A DNA stretch of 5,908 nt from Trichoplax adhaerens (lineage: Eukaryota > Animalia > Placozoa). The translations under genes and the position numbers were made by a program. The notes under the pieces are model-generated. The model searched no databases. It was given only the letters and a program-made list of their open reading frames with translations, and was not told where the DNA came from. Location: contig NW_002061109.1 of NCBI RefSeq assembly GCF_000150275.1, forward strand, positions 1 through 5,908, given 5' to 3'. Shown in pieces: positions 1-5,908 of this stretch. Positions within the stretch are counted from its first letter, which is position 1. The number at the start of each line of letters is the position of its first letter.

Positions 1-46
1 CTGCTATCTGCTGATTTCGAAGTTTTAGTTACTGTTTTTTCTACAG

Positions 47-109
47 AGATTTGACGAATAACTATATATCAGAAATACGATACTTAGACTTTGCAGATTG
101 CAGAACCCT
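47..109 (+). CDS. LRR exon 1 (63 nt, phase 2-2)
   Basis: tttttctacag|A GAT TTG ACG AAT AAC...ACC CT|gtaagt; DLTNNYISEIRYLDFADCRT(L). Confidence 0.88.
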
Positions 110-3100
110 GTAAGTCCATGTTCTCTAGATTTCAATTGCTATTCAAGTGATAGTGAATTATCAAATTTATAGTCAACATTGTAAGTCTGATCAATTTTTT
201 ATCATTTATGTTCCAACTATATCAACATCATATCAATATGAATATCAAATATCAATATCATATAATCTTCTGTGAACTTGGTATAAAATAGTAATCTATC
301 TTACAATAAATTACATGAATCAAATCCGCTCAATTTTTCTACACTTTTGAATTTAGCCCACCTGTAAGTATAAATTTATGAATTCTCCTGAAATTAATAT
401 ATTTAACTTGTACAAATATATTTAGTTCAATTCAACTTTAACCTTATCATTTCAATTTATTTTTCTTAACAATTTCGATGCTTTATTTCCAGTGATCTAA
501 CAGGCAATCGGTATAGTAACATCAAAAATGTTAAAGATTCTTTTATTATGTCTAACTACAGCAATCTGCAATCATTGTAAGTATTTCCATCTGATGAGTT
601 CGCTAATAAACCTTACCTAATGCTTGAATGTGATCTAGTTTAAACTCTATTTTAATACATAATTTTTAAAACGTCTTTATTAGTATTCCTACTTACTAAT
701 CGCTATTTATATTCCATAGAAATATCTCTTCTAATATGCTGTCTAATATTGATTTGAAGGCGCTAGAACCGCTCTCAGAGTTACAGTCGTTGTAAGTTTA
801 ATATACAGCATGTCCTTTACTTTATCTCGCATATATGAATTAGTAGAGTGCTTGCGACAGAAATACTTGAGTTGGAGTAACTATTTAATTGATTATGGGT
901 TTGGCTACTGTGATATACACCGATTACGAAATTCCAAATTTTAGAAAATAAGGGCTTTATTGAATCTTATACAAAGATTAACTACTCACAGCTCTACTTT
1001 AGCCGAATACTAATACTAAAGATGTCTACAACGAACTAACAGAATAATCTAAAGTTGCATGCTTTTATACTTTTCGTAGCATTCGCAGCTACAATCCGCA
1101 TGGCAACCTTTAACCTTATTTTACACATAGTTAAATTATTCTTAGTAATACTATTCTACTGCGGACCATCATTAATCCGATGTGATACGACTACAGTATT
1201 TACGTAGACATTATTTACACTAGCTAAAGTACAATGAATTAACCATATCCTAATATATGATTTACAGTTCTATTTTTGCCTATAACCTTATTAGTAACTT
1301 CACACCTTACTGTATATAGTCATCTGTACCTCTAGCATAGAGTCTCTACCACTACAGTCTATAGTTATAGCTACCAAATATCTCTTAGGACAAATATAGA
1401 AGTTACGCTACCGTACATTATACTAAACATGGCTAACAGTCAACAATCACAATACTAAGTTACATTACAGCTACGAAATATTGATATAGCATTTTGGCTG
1501 TGCTTCGAAAGTTCCAAATGACTTGTTATATTTTCATTGTGTAGAATTCTGCAAGATAACAAATTACAGAAGCTAGATTTTATAGGAAAGCTATCCCAAC
1601 TTCTTATACTGTAAGTACGGCAAGATTAAACAGAGACCTTTATATCAAATATCTCGTACGTATTAGCAAGCGTTTATGTGGAGTTGTAGATTTCCTAGTA
1701 TTTACCCGGAGATAATTAATTCAAAAATAGCTTCAGATCTTTATTTGCACATGAATACAAGCGAAAGTAAAAAATGAGAGTGCAATATGCTTATTATTTA
1801 AGCGAATTGTAATTATTATTAATAAGATTCGCTTGCACTTTACCTGTCTCTATACCGGTAAAAATTCTTTAAGATTTTAATCAGAACATTGCTACGAGCT
1901 AATATTATAAGGCACATAGCAAAGTAGATAGACAATTTTCTGTTACCGAGAGCATTATATATTCTTAACTATAATTCATACAGAACAGATTTAAAGAGTA
2001 ATATTGAAATCAGGCTGTCTGCAACTTGACTTTAGAGTTGATAAAGGTGTCACAAAACAGCTTTGCAACAAGATAACGCAATATACGATCAATAAGTCAA
2101 TTCCTTGAACCACGTATCAAGGAACGATATCTGCACTATCACAAACACTTTTGCTCTACTAGCAGACTACACAAAGACTTAAACGCCTCGTATTTTACGT
2201 TAAACACTAAGTTGGACAATTCTTCTTTATTTCACGATATACTGCATTTATATACTATTCCTCAATAGTTCATGAGTCATAGTTAATACAATTAACATTA
2301 GAATCATTTACTGAATTAGATATTAATTTTAGCTACTGCTCCCTTAATGCAGACAACAGTATTTACGAACATAGACATGTAATGACTAATACAGAATAGT
2401 CAGATTACGATATGTCCTATCACGGAACATTTCCATGATAATTTACAGTCTACCATAAGTAAATTACAATCACAATGATTCGAACTGTAAGCAGATGATT
2501 TGCATTCCCTATTATAACTATTATAATTTCAGTATGTGTATAAGTGTCACTGTCATAAAAAGTCAGTGCTATATTAAAATACAGTATATCCAAATTAGAA
2601 GTTAACTAAATAAGGATAGTCTAACAGAATTATCCTAACATAGTTATTTCTACTGTAATACAGTATTTAACACTGTAACAAAAGGTCATAAAATAATGTA
2701 CCAATGATTTTACTGCTCCATAAGAGTATCCATGATTGTTTCTTCTATTATCTAGATCTGTAGCATCTAATCACATTCACAGAGTAAATTCTGACCACTT
2801 TAAGAACTTAAGAAGTCTCGAAGAATTGTAAGTAAATGATTGGTACAACAGGATTTTAGATGACTGTAGTTAAATATTAGTGTCATGAATTGAGTTCCAT
2901 TCCAAACTATTAGTAAAATATGTTATGCAAACACGCAACTATCTCACTTGCTAGCCTCATTTCAGATTTATAATAAAGACTTTTACATGGATTTCATGCT
3001 TCTAACAATTATTATTAATTCTTTACTAAAGATACCTAGATAATAACTTGATAGGCACTCTTAGTGAAAATTATTTTATGAATACGAAATTAACTTCCTT

Positions 3101-3765
3101 GTAAGATATACACATATTATTAACAGCAAAATGTTATCAGTGATTAATATAAGTATTCGTAATACGCTTATGTTGAATATACAAAATAGATATCTACAAA
3201 ATAATCAAATATCGAACATTAACCCTATTTTAAAAGGATTACAAAATCTACGAATATTGTAAGATGAGCTTATTATCCAATTCATAGCTCTCCACACTCA
3301 ATTTTATCTTTTTCGCTAAATTAAAAATTTTCGATTTTACTTCTTGGAATGTTTATTTTAACGTAAATTATTCCTGCTTCTTGGTATTTTTATCGCCCAA
3401 GAAACTTAAATACCAATCGTATTGAAAAAGTTACAGAAATTTTTAACATCACATTGCCCTACCTCAGCCAATTGTAAGAAATCTTATGAAAAATTTTGGT
3501 GATAAAATCTTATTATATTAACTTAAATAATTTAACTTCAGGTATTTGATTAATAATAGAATCAAATCCTTGCAAAATAAACCGTTTTCAAGATACCGAA
3601 ATTTAAGAATTCTGTAAGTAGTACAACGATTGTTTCGTACATCGATAGTATAATTAATCACTTAGATACTTAGCTAGATTGTATTTCCTTCTATAGTGAT
3701 TTAAGCGGTAATGAAATAAAACTGTCTGTGCAAGATGATTTGGGATTAACGTTTCTTGAAAAACT
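47..3765 (+). CDS. Internal part of a spliced LRR protein gene (11 single-LRR exons), probably an extracellular receptor/ectodomain; 5' and 3' ends not in window
   Basis: join(47-109,292-363,493-576,720-791,1545-1610,2756-2827,3032-3100,3190-3258,3402-3473,3542-3613,3697-3765) = 780 nt with no stop: DLTNNYISEIRYLDFADCRTL/NLSYNKLHESNPLNFSTLLNLAHL/DLTGNRYSNIKNVKDSFIMSNYSNLQSL/NISSNMLSNIDLKALEPLSELQSL/ILQDNKLQKLDFIGKLSQLLIL/SVASNHIHRVNSDHFKNLRSLEEL/YLDNNLIGTLSENYFMNTKLTSL/YLQNNQISNINPILKGLQNLRIL/NLNTNRIEKVTEIFNITLPYLSQL/YLINNRIKSLQNKPFSRYRNLRIL/DLSGNEIKLSVQDDLGLTFLEKL. Every exon is preceded by AG and followed by GTAAG(T/A). Confidence 0.93.
173..180 (+). other. Candidate 8-nt microexon or orphan splice-site pair
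   Basis: ttatag|TCAACATT|gtaagt, a perfect donor; frameshifting as written. Confidence 0.4.
218..264. repeat. Degenerate (ATATCA)n low-complexity tract in intron
   Basis: tatatcaacatcatatcaatatgaatatcaaatatcaatatcatata. Confidence 0.7.
292..363 (+). CDS. LRR exon 2 (72 nt)
   Basis: aaatag|T AAT CTA TCT TAC AAT...CAC CT|gtaagt; NLSYNKLHESNPLNFSTLLNLAH(L); no AG between 186 and 289. Confidence 0.92.
493..576 (+). CDS. LRR exon 3 (84 nt)
   Basis: tttccag|T GAT CTA ACA GGC AAT...TCA TT|gtaagt; DLTGNRYSNIKNVKDSFIMSNYSNLQS(L). Confidence 0.9.
720..791 (+). CDS. LRR exon 4 (72 nt)
   Basis: branch-like tactaat upstream, ccatag|A AAT ATC TCT TCT AAT...TCG TT|gtaagt; NISSNMLSNIDLKALEPLSELQS(L). Confidence 0.92.
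1545..1610 (+). CDS. LRR exon 5 (66 nt)
   Basis: gtgtag|A ATT CTG CAA GAT AAC...ATA CT|gtaagt; ILQDNKLQKLDFIGKLSQLLI(L). Confidence 0.92.
2756..2827 (+). CDS. LRR exon 6 (72 nt)
   Basis: tatctag|A TCT GTA GCA TCT AAT...GAA TT|gtaagt; SVASNHIHRVNSDHFKNLRSLEE(L). Confidence 0.92.
3032..3100 (+). CDS. LRR exon 7 (69 nt, AAG acceptor)
   Basis: actaaag|A TAC CTA GAT AAT AAC...TCC TT|gtaaga; YLDNNLIGTLSENYFMNTKLTS(L). Confidence 0.9.
3190..3258 (+). CDS. LRR exon 8 (69 nt)
   Basis: aaatag|A TAT CTA CAA AAT AAT...ATA TT|gtaaga; YLQNNQISNINPILKGLQNLRI(L). Confidence 0.93.
3402..3473 (+). CDS. LRR exon 9 (72 nt, AAG acceptor)
   Basis: cccaag|A AAC TTA AAT ACC AAT...CAA TT|gtaaga; NLNTNRIEKVTEIFNITLPYLSQ(L). 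Confidence 0.9.
3542..3613 (+). CDS. LRR exon 10 (72 nt)
   Basis: cttcag|G TAT TTG ATT AAT AAT...ATT CT|gtaagt; YLINNRIKSLQNKPFSRYRNLRI(L). Confidence 0.93.
3697..3765 (+). CDS. LRR exon 11 (69 nt)
   Basis: ttctatag|T GAT TTA AGC GGT AAT...AAA CT|gtaagt; DLSGNEIKLSVQDDLGLTFLEK(L). Confidence 0.92.
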
Positions 3766-4132
3766 GTAAGTATAAGATATGTATCCATAGAATCTATAAT
3801 AACCCAATTAGCAGACTGCAATTCTTGTAAAAATATTCTCAAATATAATTAATTCAATAAATTTAAACATCCGAAAAAAATGATTTATGAAATATGGCGT
3901 GTTGTACTTTATCAAATACTAGCGGTAACGGTAATATTATTATGGCTGAAAGCGATGAATTAAGCATTATTAGAAAGTGTAGTAAAAGGACTAAAAGTAG
4001 AGTCCTTTGTAGTTTTTAGTATGTAATTAGTATTATTTTACTATACAAAATACCTAGAAAGTGATAGCGTCTTTAAGTTTTACCCTGCCAAATCATCATG
4101 TCGCCATCTTTTCTTCTTCATTATTTTACAAG

Positions 4133-4215
4133 GTATTATATAGATTACTATACAAGTAGCCCTATAGAGCAAATGCCTAATCTAAAGAAAGGGCGTTTGA
4201 TCGTCTATTCAAATT
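4133..4215 (+). CDS. Probable exon 12 (degenerate last LRR or cap); 3' boundary uncertain
   Basis: Strong pyrimidine tract ccatcttttcttcttcattattttacaag|G. Continuing in phase 2 it reads (L)YYIDYYTSSPIEQMPNLKKGRLIVYSN, with LRR-like MPNLKK. The best donor seen is T|gtaaag at 4216 (phase 1). Confidence 0.5.
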
Positions 4216-4467
4216 GTAAAGAAATTTGACTTAGTAGCAAAACCCTATCCTGCTATCCTTAGAGAAAGGGGATTTATAACATGACGATAAAGTACTGTAA
4301 GGTAGTCTATACTCGTACAGTTACAGTACAATCTGACGCTAAAACATCAACTGTCAATACTCGCGAATACTAAGCGGTACTAATGTCAGAAAAGTAGCCG
4401 TAGTAGTCATATAAATTTTTTTGATAAGCGATTACTGTGATCTTCATAAAAAGCGAATTTTTCCGGA

Positions 4468-4590
4468 TTTGTGTCCGATATAGTTTTCGGATTCTGGGAC
4501 CGATCGGGTTTGTGTCCGATATAATTTTCCTGTTTTGGAACCGGTCGGGTTTATTTTTAATTTATGTCTGATTTATAATTTTTCTGTTTT
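4468..4590. repeat. 41-nt tandem repeat, two copies plus a degenerate third
   Basis: 4468-4508 tttgtgtccgatatagttttcggattctgggaccgatcggg vs 4509-4549 tttgtgtccgatataattttcctgttttggaaccggtcggg (34/41 identical); partial copy tttatgtctgatttataatttttctgtttt from 4561. Confidence 0.8.
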
Positions 4591-4803
4591 AATTTTTGGA
4601 TTTTTGTTCATGAAAAATATCGTAAGAGTTGATTTTTGAGATTTGGACTTTTTGTTATGAATTTGAAACTTTGGAATTTTAAGACGTGACTTGAAGTCAC
4701 ATTAGGAGAATTTAGTGAGGAAAATAGAAAATAAGATGGAAATTGGCAGAGGTTGTGTTGATTGTTAGGTAGTTAGAATGTTGTTTTTATGACTAAATTT
4801 TGA

Positions 4804-4853
4804 NNNNNNNNNNNNNNNNNNNNNNNNNNNNNNNNNNNNNNNNNNNNNNNNNN
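4804..4853. other. Assembly gap (50 N)
   Basis: Run of N. Confidence 1.
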
Positions 4854-5908
4854 CAAGATAACAAATTACAGAAGCTAGATTTTATAGGAAAGCTATCCCA
4901 ACTTCTTATACTGTAAGTACGGCAAGATTAAACAGAGACCTTTATATCAAATATCTCGTACGTATTAGCAAGCGTTTATGTGGAGTTGTAGATTTCCTAG
5001 TATTTACCCGGAGATAATTAATTCAAAAATAGCTTCAGATCTTTATTTGCACATGAATACAAGCGAAAGTAAAAAATGAGAGTGCAATATGCTTATTATT
5101 TAAGCGAATTGTAATTATTATTAATAAGATTCGCTTGCACTTTACCTGTCTCTATACCGGTAAAAATTCTTTAAGATTTTAATCAGAACATTGCTACGAG
5201 CTAATATTATAAGGCACATAGCAAAGTAGATAGACAATTTTCTGTTACCGAGAGCATTATATATTCTTAACTATAATTCATACAGAACAGATTTAAAGAG
5301 TAATATTGAAATCAGGCTGTCTGCAACTTGACTTTAGAGTTGATAAAGGTGTCACAAAACAGCTTTGCAACAAGATAACGCAATATACGATCAATAAGTC
5401 AATTCCTTGAACCACGTATCAAGGAACGATATCTGCACTATCACAAACACTTTTGCTCTACTAGCAGACTACACAAAGACTTAAACGCCTCGTATTTTAC
5501 GTTAAACACTAAGTTGGACAATTCTTCTTTATTTCACGATATACTGCATTTATATACTATTCCTCAATAGTTCATGAGTCATAGTTAATACAATTAACAT
5601 TAGAATCATTTACTGAATTAGATATTAATTTTAGCTACTGCTCCCTTAATGCAGACAACAGTATTTACGAACATAGACATGTAATGACTAATACAGAATA
5701 GTCAGATTACGATATGTCCTATCACGGAACATTTCCATGATAATTTACAGTCTACCATAAGTAAATTACAATCACAATGATTCGAACTGTAAGCAGATGA
5801 TTTGCATTCCCTATTATAACTATTATAATTTCAGTATGTGTATAAGTGTCACTGTCATAAAAAGTCAGTGCTATATTAAAATACAGTATATCCAAATAGA
5901 AGTAACTA
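4854..5908 (+). repeat. Direct duplicate of 1552-2608 (includes the 3' part of exon 5 at 4854-4912); likely a redundant contig or read
   Basis: Matches at offset 3302 throughout by eye; the only differences seen are two 1-nt deletions in the last ~15 nt (caaattagaagttaacta vs caaatagaagtaacta). Confidence 0.97.

Noticed and set aside
591-630. CTGATGAG, a hammerhead ribozyme core-like motif
   Set aside because: No stem II followed by GAAA, and no flanking stems.
2101-2124. Hairpin ttccttga-N8-tcaaggaa (similar 8-bp stem at 3985-4008)
   Set aside because: Short intronic stems in a eukaryotic gene; not terminators, and plausible by chance.
2481-2495. Orphan donor-like CT|gtaagc suggesting a missed LRR exon
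   Set aside because: The phase-2 frame has TGA three codons upstream and no LRR pattern.
3654-3842. Supplied 62-aa minus-strand ORF
   Set aside because: Antisense to LRR exon 11 and its flanking introns, with no recognisable motif; a shadow ORF.
4468-4549. CRISPR-like repeat
   Set aside because: Copies are directly adjacent with no spacers and are divergent, and the context is eukaryotic.
4700-4780. Telomere-like TTAGG words
   Set aside because: Isolated occurrences, not tandem.
1-4803. Alternative genetic code (stop-codon reassignment) as the cause of missing ORFs
   Set aside because: Splicing under the standard code gives a stop-free 260-aa LRR frame, and none of the 11 exons has an in-frame TAA, TAG or TGA.

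Overview
AT-rich (roughly 30% GC, by eye) eukaryotic genomic DNA, not prokaryotic. The near-absence of ORFs is explained by an intron-rich + strand gene for a leucine-rich-repeat (LRR) protein. Eleven short exons (63-84 nt, all multiples of 3) each encode one LRR and are separated by phase-2 GTAAG...AG introns that always split a Leu codon. Spliced, they give 780 stop-free nt (about 260 aa of LxLxxNxI/L repeats with five N-glycosylation sequons), probably a receptor ectodomain of the LGR/RXFP, Slit or similar type. Start and stop lie outside the window, and a 12th exon probably begins at 4133. Oddities are an 8-nt microexon-like element one base short of completing LRR1, a 36-nt cryptic exon 25 nt after exon 11, an excess of TACAGTA/TACTGTA heptamers in introns, and colinear motifs shared by the two long introns. 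After a 50-N gap, 4854-5908 is a virtually identical copy of 1552-2608, most likely an assembly artefact.
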